Part shown: positions 19,613 to 30,315 of the stretch, piece after piece
How positions within the stretch are numbered: the first letter of the stretch is position 1
Layout of the letters: each line of letters begins with the position of its first letter
Source of the DNA: an uncultured Gemmatimonadaceae bacterium
Lineage (GTDB): Bacteria > Gemmatimonadota > Gemmatimonadetes > Gemmatimonadales > Gemmatimonadaceae
Length of the DNA: 64,000 bases
Assembly (NCBI GenBank): GCA_963817955.1
Contig: CAWFQK010000003.1
Span: 192,001 to 256,000 of the forward strand
Direction of reading: 5' to 3'
Notes under the pieces: model-generated
The model's database searches: none
What the model saw: the letters and a program-made list of their open reading frames with translations, nothing else
Told to the model about the DNA's origin: nothing
Made by a program: the position numbers and the translations under genes

Positions 19613-20110
19613 ATGCGGTTCAACGGACTTGCGCTCTTGGCGGGCGCGGCTGTTCTCGGTGCGTGCGGCGGCGGCGAAAAGAAGGCGTCGGACACGACCA
19701 GCAGCACTCCTGCGGCTGGTGCACCGGCAACACCGGCTCCGGCCGGGAGTGCGGTTGCGGCAATGCCAGCGACTGGCGATACGGTGCAGGTCAAGATGAT
19801 CGGCGACGACAAAGGCTATCGGTTTGATCCCGCCAATATCACGATAAAGAGCGGTCAGGCGATCAAGTTCATCATGGTCAGCGGCGGCCCGCACAACGTA
19901 GCGTTCGATCCGGCTACCGTTCCGGCCACCTCGAAAGATCAGCTCAACGCCAACATGGTTGGCCAGATCTCCGAGCTCTCGAGCCCCATGCTCATGAACC
20001 CGAATGAGTCATACACGATCTCATTTGCCGGCGTGAAGCCCGGGGTGTACCCATTCCACTGCACACCGCACCTCGCGATGGGCATGAAGGGCACGATTAC
20101 GGTCCAGTAA
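19613..20110 (+). CDS. Plastocyanin/azurin-family blue copper lipoprotein
   Basis: Lipobox LGAC; copper ligands in PHNV and CTPHLAMGM; GGAGG RBS. Confidence 0.92.
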   Translation: MRFNGLALLAGAAVLGACGGGEKKASDTTSSTPAAGAPATPAPAGSAVAAMPATGDTVQVKMIGDDKGYRFDPANITIKSGQAIKFIMVSGGPHNVAFDPATVPATSKDQLNANMVGQISELSSPMLMNPNESYTISFAGVKPGVYPFHCTPHLAMGMKGTITVQ

Positions 20111-20133
20111 GCGCTACAGGCGTATTGTGTTGG

Positions 20134-20164
20134 AAGAGCGGAGTCCTTCGGGCTCCGCTCTTTT
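20134..20164 (+). terminator. Intrinsic terminator
   Basis: AAGAGCGGAG stem with cTTCGg loop, followed by TTTT. Confidence 0.8.
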
Positions 20165-20282
20165 GCGGAGCAGGATCAACAATGCGACATCCTCCTTGCG
20201 TGGTGGCCCATTGCCTGCCACGGTACGGACGGGGGTCGCGTCACGCTTGCGCCGCATGCCCCGTGGGTGAGAGTATCGCAGC

Positions 20283-22013
20283 ATGGCACCAATGACCGGC
20301 GACGTTCCTCGAGCGATCGCACGCCCCGCGTGGCTCACGGCGCGTGCTCGCAATGCGGTGAATCGACCAATATTCATTGCCGCTGTGGGCGGCGGTGCGT
20401 TCATCGCTGTGCTCATCGCGCTGCTCTTCGCCCCGCAGCAGGTCAGGCGCATCGCACACGCGCCGTCGCTCCCCGTCGAGGCACGGCCGGATACCGCTCC
20501 GCTCATTGCGGCACTTGCGCACGCGCGCACTCGTTTTGGGGCCGCGGAGGGCTCACTCTCGGCAGCGCGGTCCCATGCCGCGGAGGAACCGGCGCAGGTG
20601 GTGGACACGATAAGCCCGCGGCTCATTGCTCTGCGGGATACGCTTTCCGGCGCGGTCAACGATCTCGATGCGCTACTGACTCGAGTCGAAACCGCGCCGC
20701 TCACCGCGTCGTACCGCGCCCTCGCTGAATCCCCGCAGCTTACGTCGAACCCGCGGGTCAAGGCACTTCTCGACTCGCTGGCCGACATCGAGCGCGACCG
20801 TGACTCGTTCGGGACCACGGGCGCCGCCGACCCCGTGTACGTAGCGCTCACTGCGCGCGCCATGGAGATCGGGCGCGCCATCCAAGCCATTGCCCAGACG
20901 AAGCGTGACGCCCTGCGACTGGAAATATCAAAGCTGAACGCACCAGCCGTACGCCAGGCTGAGGTTCAAGCGCCCTCTGCCGACACGACCGCCTGGATAG
21001 CAGAGCGCGACTCGGCGCAGTCGATGCTGCTGCAGGCAAATACCGCGCTTGCCGATGCCCGGATGAAGGCGACGGAATACGATGTGGAAGTAGCGCACGC
21101 GACGGAGGCAGCGAAATTCAATGCCCCGCCCGTGGCGCTGCTCGGAGCTGCGCTGGTGTTCGGTATCGCACTCGGGTTCGGCGTTGCCTTCTTTGGCGAG
21201 ATGCAACACCCGCGGGTGCGCGACGAGCACGAAACAGAGCGATTGACCGGAGCGCGCGTGCTGGCGACGATTATACCTCGCCCGCCGAGGCCGGACCGGC
21301 AACGCCGGGCGGCCGACAAACAGGCACCGCCTCACTTCGATCCTGGCGCCGACGGATATCAGCTCACGTATCTCCACGTGGCGCGGGCCGGCGCCAGTCG
21401 GCTGATGCTGACAATTGCCAGCGAACACACGGAAATTGCAGCGGTCATTGCGACGAACGTCGCGGCGATTGCTGCTGATGAAGCCCGCAGCACCATCCTC
21501 ATCGACACCGATGAACGGAACTCGCCGGTTGCGGCCGCGCTGCGGATACACGCCGAACCCGGCGTGGCGGACGTCATTGATTCCAAACTGGACTGGGCGG
21601 AGGTCACCACCCAAGTAATGGTGGGGCGGGATCGGGTGATAGACGTGCTTCCTAGCGGCACGTCGAGCGGCGTGCGTAACCCGAGGCAAATTCTCGACCT
21701 GTTCCGGCAGGAGGGGCCTCGCCTGGCGCGCCACTACGAAGCGATCATCCTGGTTGCCGCGATGGAACAGACCAAAGCTGGGCTGCCCGGAGTGCTGCCG
21801 ATTCCCGACACGATCCTCTGCGCGCGAATTGGTCATACCAAGATCGCCGACCTACGTAACGCCCTTTCTGCGGTGCGGGAGTCAGGAGGACACCCCGTAG
21901 GGGTGGTCTTGTGGGATGCGCCGCCTCCGTCACTTCCGTCGCCGGAGCGGATTGCCAGGGCGCCCCGGACGCTGCGCACCGATGAGATGAAGGCGCTCAG
22001 CCGCACCTCCTGA
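20283..22013 (+). CDS. Wzc/GumC-like membrane protein with degenerate BY-kinase-like domain
   Basis: Two TM segments around a coiled coil; C-terminal CapB-like ILIDTD and PGVADV motifs, but no Walker A. Confidence 0.65.
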   Translation: MAPMTGDVPRAIARPAWLTARARNAVNRPIFIAAVGGGAFIAVLIALLFAPQQVRRIAHAPSLPVEARPDTAPLIAALAHARTRFGAAEGSLSAARSHAAEEPAQVVDTISPRLIALRDTLSGAVNDLDALLTRVETAPLTASYRALAESPQLTSNPRVKALLDSLADIERDRDSFGTTGAADPVYVALTARAMEIGRAIQAIAQTKRDALRLEISKLNAPAVRQAEVQAPSADTTAWIAERDSAQSMLLQANTALADARMKATEYDVEVAHATEAAKFNAPPVALLGAALVFGIALGFGVAFFGEMQHPRVRDEHETERLTGARVLATIIPRPPRPDRQRRAADKQAPPHFDPGADGYQLTYLHVARAGASRLMLTIASEHTEIAAVIATNVAAIAADEARSTILIDTDERNSPVAAALRIHAEPGVADVIDSKLDWAEVTTQVMVGRDRVIDVLPSGTSSGVRNPRQILDLFRQEGPRLARHYEAIILVAAMEQTKAGLPGVLPIPDTILCARIGHTKIADLRNALSAVRESGGHPVGVVLWDAPPPSLPSPERIARAPRTLRTDEMKALSRTS

Positions 22014-22080
22014 TCGGCCTTTCGCTCCTCGAGTACCGGATTGGGATGAACATTGGGCTCGATGCGGGTTACCTTGGGGC

Positions 22081-22575
22081 ATGGCCGAAGTTGCGCTCGA
22101 TCTTCGTCATCTGCCCAAGGACCGGTCGTACGCGCAGTTGCACGCGTACGTGCTGAACACGCTGGCGGGCATCGACGACGAGATTGCGGCAATGGCGACG
22201 ATGAGCGCAATGATTCATCATGCCTTCGGTCATCTCTGGACGGGATTCTATCGTGTCGTGGGCCCTGGCTTGCTGCGCGTGGGCCCGTACCAGGGAACGC
22301 TTGGCTGCCTCGAGATCGCCATCGGTCGCGGAGTGTGCGGCACGGCGGCTGCGGAGCGGCGGACGATGGTCGTGCCCGACGTGGACCAGTTTCCGGGCCA
22401 CATCGCTTGCGATGCACGGTCAAGGTCGGAAATCGTCGTGCCCGTGTTCGACAAGTCGGGGGCGCTCATTGCGGTTCTCGACGTCGATTCCGACCAGCGT
22501 GGAACCTTCGACGAAGAGGACGCACGCGCACTCGAGCGCATCGTGCGCTGGTTCGCCGGCGAAGGTCGCAGTTGA
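22081..22575 (+). CDS. GAF-domain protein (free methionine-R-sulfoxide reductase-like)
   Basis: WTGFY, GPYQG, GRGVCG, PGHIACD, SEIVVP and LDVDS motifs. Confidence 0.88.
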   Translation: MAEVALDLRHLPKDRSYAQLHAYVLNTLAGIDDEIAAMATMSAMIHHAFGHLWTGFYRVVGPGLLRVGPYQGTLGCLEIAIGRGVCGTAAAERRTMVVPDVDQFPGHIACDARSRSEIVVPVFDKSGALIAVLDVDSDQRGTFDEEDARALERIVRWFAGEGRS

Positions 22576-22609
22576 CGCGAATGATCCGCACATATAGGGT
22601 GTTCTGCTC

Positions 22610-23236
22610 ATGACGATTACCGGATATTCGGACCGCATCAATCACGCACTGGCGTTCGCGGCCAAGCACCATGATCAGCAGGTGCGGAAAGGCACGCGCC
22701 TGCCGTACCTGACGCATCCGGCAAACGTTGCGATCATCCTCACACGCTATGGCCAGAGCGACGGAACCGTCGTCGCCGGCATCCTGCACGACGTGATCGA
22801 AGACTGCGTGCGTGAGGCCTACACGCAGGAGATGCTCGAACAGCGCATCGGAGACAAGTTCGGCGACGAGGTACTAGAAACGGTCCTTGCTGTCACGTAT
22901 CGCCTCATTGACGATGACGGCGTCGAGCTCTCGCATGACGACCGGCGAGATGACTATCTCGCGCGGCTCGCGCAGGCGAACGAATCCGCGCGTTGGGTGT
23001 GCGCGGCCGACAAGCTGCACAATGCCAGCACGATTGTCGCCGACCTGCGTCGCACCATCGAATCGAACAGCGTCTGGAGCCGCTTTACCGGAGGCAAGGA
23101 TGCGACCATTCGCTGGTATCGCCGCGTCTACGACCGCTTGAACGAGATCGGGTTCCACGGCGAGATCATGATCGAGCTCGAGAAGATCGTCGTCGCGCTC
23201 GAGGAGCATGAACCGGCGGAATCGGCGCGTTCCTGA
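22610..23236 (+). CDS. Stand-alone HD domain protein, small alarmone hydrolase/Mesh1-like
   Basis: H..Q.RK..PYLTHP, LHDVIED and ADKLHN motifs. Confidence 0.8.
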   Translation: MTITGYSDRINHALAFAAKHHDQQVRKGTRLPYLTHPANVAIILTRYGQSDGTVVAGILHDVIEDCVREAYTQEMLEQRIGDKFGDEVLETVLAVTYRLIDDDGVELSHDDRRDDYLARLAQANESARWVCAADKLHNASTIVADLRRTIESNSVWSRFTGGKDATIRWYRRVYDRLNEIGFHGEIMIELEKIVVALEEHEPAESARS

Positions 23237-23323
23237 CGTTCGCAGCACACAACGCTGGACTGGAAAGCCGAACCTGACCGGACCCGAGATAGTGGCGAGG
23301 GCCGGGAGTGGCTCCAGTACCCC

Positions 23324-23378
23324 ACTTATATCGACATTGCTGGATTATACTTGATATCGAGTATAGTCGACTATAAGT
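23324..23378. promoter_or_regulatory. Nested palindromes upstream of AAA ATPase (putative operator)
   Basis: TATACTTGATATCGAGTATA (23346-65) and TATAGTCGACTATA (23362-75). Confidence 0.55.
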
Positions 23379-23386
23379 AGCTCGGC

Positions 23387-24571
23387 ATGGATCCGATCAA
23401 GAACCCTTTCTCTCCGGGCGCCGGGGCTCCGCCGCCTGAGCTCGTTGGTCGAGACCCTGTACTCGAACTGACTCGAGTGCTGCTGGGGCGAGTACGACAA
23501 CGCCGACCAGAGAAGAGCGTGCTCCTGACGGGACTACGAGGCGTCGGCAAGACGGTTCTACTCAATGAAATCGAGCGGCAAGCAACCTCAGCGGGCTATC
23601 GGACGATTTTCATTGAAGCCCACGAGGAAAAACCCCTCGGGCCGCTACTCGCACCCTACCTCCGCAGCACTTTATACGAGCTCGATCGTATGGCTGGGGT
23701 CGGCGACAAGGCGAGGCGGGCTCTCCGAGTGCTCCGCGGCTTTCTCGGCTCGCTCAAGATCACCTACGCCGATGTAGAGATCGGCTTGGACGTCGATCCC
23801 GAACAGGGAACTGCGGACAGCGGCGATCTCGAGATCGATCTGCCCAATTTGCTCGTCGCGGTCGGCGAGGCAGCGGAGGAACGAGGAATCGCGGTAGCCG
23901 TTCTCATCGACGAAGTTCAGTACTTCGCCGAGAAGGAGCTGGGTGCGCTGATCATGGCGATGCACAAGGTGCAACAGCGCCAGCTTCCCGTCGTTCTCCT
24001 CGGCGCTGGCCTTCCCATTCTTCCGGGCCTCGCTGGCGAGTCCAAGTCCTACGCCGAGCGGCTGTTCAGCTTCCCCGAGGTCGGCGCGTTACTAGAACAA
24101 GACGCCGCAAAGGCGCTGCGTGAGCCGGCTCAAAACGCCGGCGTCGTCTTCGAGCAAGATGCGCTCGACGAGACTTACCGGCTGACCAAAGGGTATCCGT
24201 ATTTCCTGCAAGAGTGGGGTTATCAGTCCTGGAACCATGCGCCCACGAATCACATCACACTCGCCGTGGTGCGGGCCGCGACAACGAACGTCATCGAACG
24301 GTTGGACCGAAACTTCTTTCGCGTTCGCTTCGACCGCCTCACACCAAGTGAGAAACGATTCCTCCGCGCGATGGCCGAGCTCGGTCCGGTCGCGCAGCGA
24401 ACCGGCGACATCGCCGACGCTCTCGGCGTGAAGGTGACGAGCCTCGGCCCCGTTCGCGCAAAGCTGATCCGCAAGGGAATGGTGTACAGCCCAGGATACG
24501 GCGAGATGGCCTTCACAGTTCCGTTATTCGACGAATTCATGCGTCGTGTGATGCCGACATTCGCGCGTTAA
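23387..24571 (+). CDS. AAA-family (STAND-like) ATPase with C-terminal winged-helix region
   Basis: NPFSPG, LVGRD, GLRGVGKT, LIDEVQ and GYPYFLQ motifs; C-terminal HTH-like LIRKGMVY. Confidence 0.85.
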   Translation: MDPIKNPFSPGAGAPPPELVGRDPVLELTRVLLGRVRQRRPEKSVLLTGLRGVGKTVLLNEIERQATSAGYRTIFIEAHEEKPLGPLLAPYLRSTLYELDRMAGVGDKARRALRVLRGFLGSLKITYADVEIGLDVDPEQGTADSGDLEIDLPNLLVAVGEAAEERGIAVAVLIDEVQYFAEKELGALIMAMHKVQQRQLPVVLLGAGLPILPGLAGESKSYAERLFSFPEVGALLEQDAAKALREPAQNAGVVFEQDALDETYRLTKGYPYFLQEWGYQSWNHAPTNHITLAVVRAATTNVIERLDRNFFRVRFDRLTPSEKRFLRAMAELGPVAQRTGDIADALGVKVTSLGPVRAKLIRKGMVYSPGYGEMAFTVPLFDEFMRRVMPTFAR

Positions 24572-24605
24572 GCAGGAGGCATCCGGCAAGGAAGGCTGGA
24601 CCGTT

Positions 24606-25850
24606 TCATCTCGCGTCAGCGGTTGCCGCCGTTCCATCCGATGCAAAATGCGATGCGACGTAGTCCTCCAGGATCTTTAAGAAATCCTGAACGATGGTGT
24701 CGCCCTTCAGTGTCGTGAACAGCGCGCCATCCACGTACACGGGCGCCTTCGGTTCCTCGAAGGTGCCGGGGAGCGAGATGCCGATGTTCGCGTGCTTGGA
24801 CTCGCCGGGCCCGTTCACCACGCAGCCCATCACCGCGACCTTCAACTCTTCCACCCCGGGCCGTTGCTCGCGCCACACCGGCATCTGTTCGCGGATATAG
24901 GTCTGGATATCTTCCGCCATGTGCTGGAAGAACGTGGAGGTCGTGCGGCCGCAACCGGGGCACGCCGTGACCTGTGGCGCGAAGCTCCGCAATTCGAGCG
25001 ACTGCAGAATCTGTTGTGCCACGAGTACTTCCTCGGTGCGATCGCCGTTCGGTTTCGGGGTGAGGGAAACGCGAATCGTATCGCCGATGCCTTCGGCGAG
25101 CAGAATCGACAGGCCCGCCGTGCTCGCGACGATGCCCTTGGTCCCCATGCCGGCCTCAGTCAGCCCGAGGTGCAACGGGTAGTCGCAGCGCACCGCGAGA
25201 CGACGGTACACTTCGACCAGATCCTGCACTCCCGACACCTTCGCAGAAATGATGATGTACTCATGGGCAAGTCCCACCTCTTCGGCCATCTCTGCTGAGC
25301 GAAGTGCGCTGGCGAGCATCGCCTCGATATAGACATCCTTCGCGGTCCGCGGCGTCGTCGCGCTCGCGTTCGCATCCATCATCTCCGTGAGCAGTTCCTG
25401 GTCGAGCGAGCCCCAGTTCACGCCGATCCGCACGGGTTTGTCACTGTCGACGGCGATCTGTACGATCGTCCGGAAGTTCTCGTCACGCCGTTTGCCGCCG
25501 ACGTTGCCAGGGTTGATGCGGTATTTCGCCAGCGCGCGCGCCGTGTCCGGGTACTTCGCGAGTAGCAGGTGCCCGTTGTAATGGAAGTCACCGACGATCG
25601 GCACGATGACTCCAGCGTCGATCACACGCTGCACCAGTTCGGGCACCGCCGCCGCCGCCTGCTCGTTGTTCACGGTCACGCGGACGAGCTGCGACCCAGC
25701 GCGCGCCAAGGCAACGACCTGGCGGGCGGTCGCGCTGGCGTCCGCGGTATCGGTGTTCGTCATGGACTGTACGACAACTGGCATGGCGGAGCCCACTGGA
25801 ACACCGCCTACCCAGGTCGTGACCGTCTGTCGCCGCCTCTCAAATGCCAC
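24606..25850 (-). CDS. ispG: (E)-4-hydroxy-3-methylbut-2-enyl-diphosphate synthase
   Basis: [37 protein letters not shown] and [10 protein letters not shown] motifs; start at GTG 25850. Confidence 0.96.
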   Translation of the reverse strand: MAFERRRQTVTTWVGGVPVGSAMPVVVQSMTNTDTADASATARQVVALARAGSQLVRVTVNNEQAAAAVPELVQRVIDAGVIVPIVGDFHYNGHLLLAKYPDTARALAKYRINPGNVGGKRRDENFRTIVQIAVDSDKPVRIGVNWGSLDQELLTEMMDANASATTPRTAKDVYIEAMLASALRSAEMAEEVGLAHEYIIISAKVSGVQDLVEVYRRLAVRCDYPLHLGLTEAGMGTKGIVASTAGLSILLAEGIGDTIRVSLTPKPNGDRTEEVLVAQQILQSLELRSFAPQVTACPGCGRTTSTFFQHMAEDIQTYIREQMPVWREQRPGVEELKVAVMGCVVNGPGESKHANIGISLPGTFEEPKAPVYVDGALFTTLKGDTIVQDFLKILEDYVASHFASDGTAATADAR

Positions 25851-25937
25851 TGTCAGAATCCTCTGCTTCGGGGCCGCCGAAAGATAGTTGCCGTGCGGCG
25901 CCCTCTCACCTGGCTCGGCCGATTGTTCACAACGTGC

Positions 25938-25966
25938 TTGACCGAATTTTAATGGTTTGCTACCTT
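25938..25966 (+). promoter_or_regulatory. sigma70-type promoter of the cold-shock gene
   Basis: TTGACC-N17-TACCTT with extended TG; gives a ~100-nt 5'UTR, typical of csp genes. Confidence 0.55.
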
Positions 25967-26072
25967 GGCGTCGCTGGAGGCGGGCCGCCGGGAGTGCCGG
26001 GAGCCGTTGGCGCCAGCGAGTATGGCCCCGCACAACATGGTGTTGTGGCGGCAGTTCTTTCAGGAGTCGGAC

Positions 26073-26288
26073 ATGCGTACGACTGGAAAGGTGAAGTGGT
26101 TCAACGACGCCAAGGGCTTTGGTTTCATCACGCCGGACGGCGGTGAAAAAGACTGCTTCGTCCACTACAGTTCCATCCAGGGAAACGGCTTCAAGACGCT
26201 CGCCGAAGGTGATCCGGTCGAGTTCGACCTTGTGCAGGGCCAGAAGGGGCCTGCGGCCGAGAACGTGAGCAAGGTCGCCGCGCAGTAA
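26073..26288 (+). CDS. Cold-shock protein (CspA family)
   Basis: [15 protein letters not shown] and FVHYS motifs; AGGAG RBS. Confidence 0.96.
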   Translation: MRTTGKVKWFNDAKGFGFITPDGGEKDCFVHYSSIQGNGFKTLAEGDPVEFDLVQGQKGPAAENVSKVAAQ

Positions 26289-26313
26289 CCGCGCGTCGTT
26301 CTCGCTGCAGGAC

Positions 26314-26346
26314 AACGGGACGCCGGATGCCGGCGTCCCGTTTTTT
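26314..26346 (+). terminator. Intrinsic terminator
   Basis: AACGGGACGCCGG-atg-CCGGCGTCCCGTT followed by TTTT. Confidence 0.85.
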
Positions 26347-26387
26347 CGGCCACAAATGGCGGTACTCGCTCCCGATGGCGTCTCGCC

Positions 26388-26780
26388 TCATTCGCCATGT
26401 GGGACCGCGCCTGGCGGGCGTCCACGCCGGCGGGGGACGACCGACTCGACGGCTTCAGCGACGAGCGCGTCCACTGTTCGCTGGAATGAGTCTCGGTCGA
26501 GCTTGAGCTCCAGATCGGCGCCGAGCGTTACATGCGTAGCGTTTGTGGTCAGGAGTTGGCCGGCCAGTTGGACGGCCCGCTCTGTCGGGACGCCGAATTC
26601 CAGGCACAGCCGCCGGATGAGGGCGATGTGGTAGATGCCCGTCGAGGAAACCCTTCGCGCAACGCCCTGCTTCCCACCGTCAACACCCGGAATGTCGAAG
26701 TGGGACAGGAGGTTGTCGATCCACTTACGATCGACAGTCGCCGCGAAGCGTGCAATGTCAACGTGATAGTGTCGGGCCAT
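26388..26780 (-). CDS. Hypothetical DNA-binding protein (MerR-like N-terminus?, C-terminal AT-hook-like RRRGRPP)
   Basis: Clean 130-aa ORF with a PRRRGRPP tail and an adjacent palindrome. Confidence 0.65.
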   Translation of the reverse strand: MARHYHVDIARFAATVDRKWIDNLLSHFDIPGVDGGKQGVARRVSSTGIYHIALIRRLCLEFGVPTERAVQLAGQLLTTNATHVTLGADLELKLDRDSFQRTVDALVAEAVESVVPRRRGRPPGAVPHGE

Positions 26781-26808
26781 TATTTATCCTGAAATAGTAG
26801 GATAAATA
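26781..26808. promoter_or_regulatory. Operator-like palindrome TATTTATCCT-N8-AGGATAAATA
   Basis: Perfect 10-bp arms abutting the start codon at 26780. Confidence 0.6.
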
Positions 26809-26972
26809 CTATCAGCCAGCAATAGAATAATATTACTTCACTGGAAGGATAATATCCTATCGGAACAGGGTCTGGGGGTTGGCCCTGCGAGGTCGCACCG
26901 GCCGTCGCAACGTATGTAGAGTCTGGCACGGAACTGGAAGCCGTTTAGCCGTCACTGCTCACAGGAGACACA

Positions 26973-27506
26973 ATGACTCGTCTGCTACGCTGCGGGGTTG
27001 TCCTCGCCCTGTTGGCCGCGGAACCGGTGGCCGTGCGCGCCCAGTCCCCGTCGAACAAGGTCACGCTGAACATTGCCGCCGGTCTGTCGCTGCCTACGGG
27101 ATCGTTCTCCAATGGCAACGACGCAGGTTACAACCTGATCGTCGGCGCCGGTGTCATGCCGCCACTGTCGCAGCTTGGATTCCGCGTCGAGGGCATCTAC
27201 ACGGAATTCAACGCGAAAGACTTCAACGAGAAGTCGCATGCTGGAGGGGTGACTGCCAACGTCGTATACGACCTCAACCCCGTGAACCCCCGCCAGCCGG
27301 GAAGCACGATCTATCTCATTGGCGGCGCCGGCTACTACAGCACACGCGACGTCTTCTTCGACAATGGGGGAAACCTCGGGTGGAATGTGGGGGGAGGATT
27401 CCGCTTTCCGCTCAGTGGCTTTTCGGCGTACCTCGAGGCACGGTACCACGCTGTCACCAACACCGAGGTGAGGTTCGTCCCGATCAGCTTTGGGCTGGAA
27501 TTCTGA
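26973..27506 (+). CDS. Outer-membrane beta-barrel protein (OmpA/OMP_b-brl type)
   Basis: Signal peptide, about 8 amphipathic strands, YLIGGAG, YLEARY, terminal Phe; AGGAG RBS. Confidence 0.85.
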   Translation: MTRLLRCGVVLALLAAEPVAVRAQSPSNKVTLNIAAGLSLPTGSFSNGNDAGYNLIVGAGVMPPLSQLGFRVEGIYTEFNAKDFNEKSHAGGVTANVVYDLNPVNPRQPGSTIYLIGGAGYYSTRDVFFDNGGNLGWNVGGGFRFPLSGFSAYLEARYHAVTNTEVRFVPISFGLEF

Positions 27507-27528
27507 CGGGTTGCACCATTGCCGGAGG

Positions 27529-28938
27529 CTACCCGATCGCCGTCTGCGCGGCTTCGAGTTGCGCGCGCACGGCACTCGGGCCGGTGCCGCCTTCCACCTC
27601 GCGCTGTTCCACCGATTGCAGGGCCGACAGTGCGTCAAATACGTCCTGCTCGAACAACGGATGCGCGCTGCAAAAGGCGGAGAGCGGTAGCGTGTGCAGT
27701 TCGAGCTTCTCTTCCTCGCATTGGCGAACGAGCCGGCCCACGGCGCCGTGTGCTTCTCGGAAGGTCGCACCCTTGCGAACGAGATAATCCGCCAAGTCCG
27801 TCGCCATCATCGTGCTCGACAGCGCCGCACGCATCCGCTGCGGCTTGAATTCGCACTCGTCGAGGGCTCCGGCAACAGCTGGGAGTACCAATAGGAGCGT
27901 GTCCACCGCGTCGAACAGCACGCGCTTGTCGTCCTGCAGATCCTTGTTGTAACTCGTTGGCAGACCCTTGAGCGTCGCCAGGAGCGCGGTCAGGTTGCCG
28001 AGCATACGCGCCGCGGACCCGCGCGCCAGCTCGAGCGCGTCGGGGTTCCGTTTTTGGGGCATCATGCTCGATCCTGACGTATACATGTCGCCAAACTGTA
28101 CGAAGCCGAACTCGCTTGAGCCGTAAATAATGAGATCTTCGGCGAGGCGCGACAGGTGCGTACCGATCATCGTCGCGGCGAACAGCAATTCAGCTACGAA
28201 GTCGCGATCGCTCACTGCGTCGATGGAGTTCGGTGAGATCGCACCAAAGCCCAGGCTACCCTGGAGAAGCACACGCGAGATCGGATAGGCGCACCCGGCC
28301 ACCGCGCCGGAACCCAATGGCAGAACACCAGCGGTACGCTGCGCTGAACGCAGGCGTGCGCGATCGCGCTCGAGCGGCCAGAAGTGCGACAACATCCAGT
28401 GTGCGGCGGAAACCGGAATTGCGCGCTGCATGTGCGTGTACGACGGCATGATCGCGGTCTCGAGACCCTGGGCCTGATCGATCATCACCTGCTGTAGCGT
28501 GCGCACGGCCAAGTCGAGCCGAATGGCGGCTTCCATCGACCAGAGGCGTGTCGCGGTCGCGACCTGATCGTTGCGGCTGCGCCCTGTGTGGAGCTTTGAC
28601 GCGACGTCGCCGACCTCGGCGTGGAGCAGCCGATCGATGAGTGTATGCACGTCTTCGTCGCCGTCGCCTGGCCGCTCACCGGCCGCGAGTCGCGCACCGA
28701 CGGCGTCGAGACCGATCTCGATCTCGCTGCACTCTCCCAAAGTGAGCACGTCGGCCTTGTACAGCGCCATCGCCCACGCTTTGGAGAGCCGGATGTCGTA
28801 TGGCCACAGGCGAAAGTCGATGTCGATGGAGTTGTTCAGTGCGTCGAACTCCGGGGCAGGACCGCCAGAAAACCGGCCGCCCCAGAGCTTGTGCGACTTT
28901 CCCGACAACAGGGGGCGGGACGCAGCGGCGGCCGTCAC
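27529..28938 (-). CDS. argH: Argininosuccinate lyase
   Basis: [27 protein letters not shown] and YNKDLQ motifs. Confidence 0.97.
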   Translation of the reverse strand: MTAAAASRPLLSGKSHKLWGGRFSGGPAPEFDALNNSIDIDFRLWPYDIRLSKAWAMALYKADVLTLGECSEIEIGLDAVGARLAAGERPGDGDEDVHTLIDRLLHAEVGDVASKLHTGRSRNDQVATATRLWSMEAAIRLDLAVRTLQQVMIDQAQGLETAIMPSYTHMQRAIPVSAAHWMLSHFWPLERDRARLRSAQRTAGVLPLGSGAVAGCAYPISRVLLQGSLGFGAISPNSIDAVSDRDFVAELLFAATMIGTHLSRLAEDLIIYGSSEFGFVQFGDMYTSGSSMMPQKRNPDALELARGSAARMLGNLTALLATLKGLPTSYNKDLQDDKRVLFDAVDTLLLVLPAVAGALDECEFKPQRMRAALSSTMMATDLADYLVRKGATFREAHGAVGRLVRQCEEEKLELHTLPLSAFCSAHPLFEQDVFDALSALQSVEQREVEGGTGPSAVRAQLEAAQTAIG

Positions 28939-30203
28939 GCGATCTGCAGTGCTGGTGCTTCCTGCGCTTCCTTCCTTAATGGTGTCGCCGGCGCCAGCCC
29001 CATCTCCTGATCCTTGAGCGCCCGGACGCGCGCCGGCAGCGCGAAGAGGCGGATGAAGCCTGCAGCGTCGCTCTGCTGATACACGTCGTCCTCACCGAAT
29101 GTGACGAACCGTTCGTCGTACAACGCATGCACGCTCTCCCGACCGATGACCTGCAGGGAGCCCTTGAACAGGCGGAGCGTGACCGTGCCAGTGATCCGCT
29201 CCTGGGTGATGTTGACGAAGGCGTCGTACGCTTCGCGTTCGGTCGTCCACCAGCGGCCCTCATAGACGAGATCCGCATAACGTGGCGCGATCATGTCTTT
29301 GGCCGCGAGCGTGCGGCGATCGAGTACGAGCTGCTCGAGCTCCGAATGCGCGGCGTAGAGCAATGCTCCACCCGGTGTCTCGTACACGCCGCGGCTCTTC
29401 ATGCCGACCATACGATCTTCGACCAGGTCAACGACGCCGACACCGTGCTTGCCGCCAATGCCGTTGAGCGCGGCAATGAGATCGACCGCGCCAAAACGGG
29501 CGCCGTTCACCGAGACCGGCGTGCCCTTTTCGAAGCCGATCACGACCTTCTCCGGCGAGTCCGGCGCATCGGTGACGTTCCGCGTGAGCATGAGCAGATC
29601 GTCCGGGGGCGCGTTGTTCGGATCCTCGAGCACGCCGCCTTCATGCGACAAATGCCAGAGGTTCGCGTCACGGGAATAGATCTTCTGGCGTGTGGCCGTG
29701 ATAGGAATGCCACGCGCTTCAGCGTACGCAATAGCGTCCTCGCGGCTCCGGATGTCCCACTCACGCCAAGGCGCGATGACGGGTAGGTCGGGAGCAAAGG
29801 CAGCGAAAGTCATCTCGAAGCGCACCTGATCGTTACCCTTGCCCGTGCATCCGTGGGCAAGCGCATCCGCACCAACCTGGCGGGCGACCTCCACCTGCCG
29901 CCGAGCAATGAGCGGGCGGGCCATGGAGGTGCCGAGCAGGTATTTGCGGTTGTAGATCGCCCCAGCGCGGAGCGTGGGGTAGATGAAGTCTTCGACGAAC
30001 TCCTCGCGGAGGTCTTCGACGAAACAGTCGTCGGCGCCGGACGCGATGGCCTTGGCGCGCACGCCGGCCAGCTCCTCGCTGCCCTGCCCGATATCGGCGG
30101 CAACGCAGATGACGCGGGCCCCACCATAGTTCTCCTTGAGCCAGGGAACGATGATGGAGGTATCAAGACCGCCAGAATAGGCGAGGACGATCGTGCGAAA
30201 CAT
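28935..30203 (-). CDS. argG: Argininosuccinate synthase
   Basis: [23 protein letters not shown] and KSRGVYETP motifs. Confidence 0.97.
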   Translation of the reverse strand: MFRTIVLAYSGGLDTSIIVPWLKENYGGARVICVAADIGQGSEELAGVRAKAIASGADDCFVEDLREEFVEDFIYPTLRAGAIYNRKYLLGTSMARPLIARRQVEVARQVGADALAHGCTGKGNDQVRFEMTFAAFAPDLPVIAPWREWDIRSREDAIAYAEARGIPITATRQKIYSRDANLWHLSHEGGVLEDPNNAPPDDLLMLTRNVTDAPDSPEKVVIGFEKGTPVSVNGARFGAVDLIAALNGIGGKHGVGVVDLVEDRMVGMKSRGVYETPGGALLYAAHSELEQLVLDRRTLAAKDMIAPRYADLVYEGRWWTTEREAYDAFVNITQERITGTVTLRLFKGSLQVIGRESVHALYDERFVTFGEDDVYQQSDAAGFIRLFALPARVRALKDQEMGLAPATPLRKEAQEAPALQIA

Positions 30204-30216
30204 GGGCGCTCCTTAG

Positions 30217-30255
30217 CATGCACTGTTATGCAACCGGAACGCATATTTAATCACA
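30217..30255. promoter_or_regulatory. Tandem ARG boxes upstream of argG
   Basis: CATGCACTGTTATGCAAC-N3-AACGCATATTTAATCACA: two 18-mers with a 3-bp spacer. Confidence 0.75.
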
Positions 30256-30315
30256 ATTTGCCCGCCCGTCAATCCTTAATTCAGTGTTGCGGGTTCATCC
30301 AGGCTGCCAACGCCG

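Noticed and set aside
25851..26315. 155-aa N-terminal extension of IspG
   Set aside because: It is the antisense reading of the cold-shock gene and its promoter; IspG similarity starts near 25850
26924..26939. sigma54 promoter TGGCACGGAACTGGAA before the beta-barrel gene
   Set aside because: The -24 element fits, but the -12 reads GA instead of the conserved GC; too weak to call
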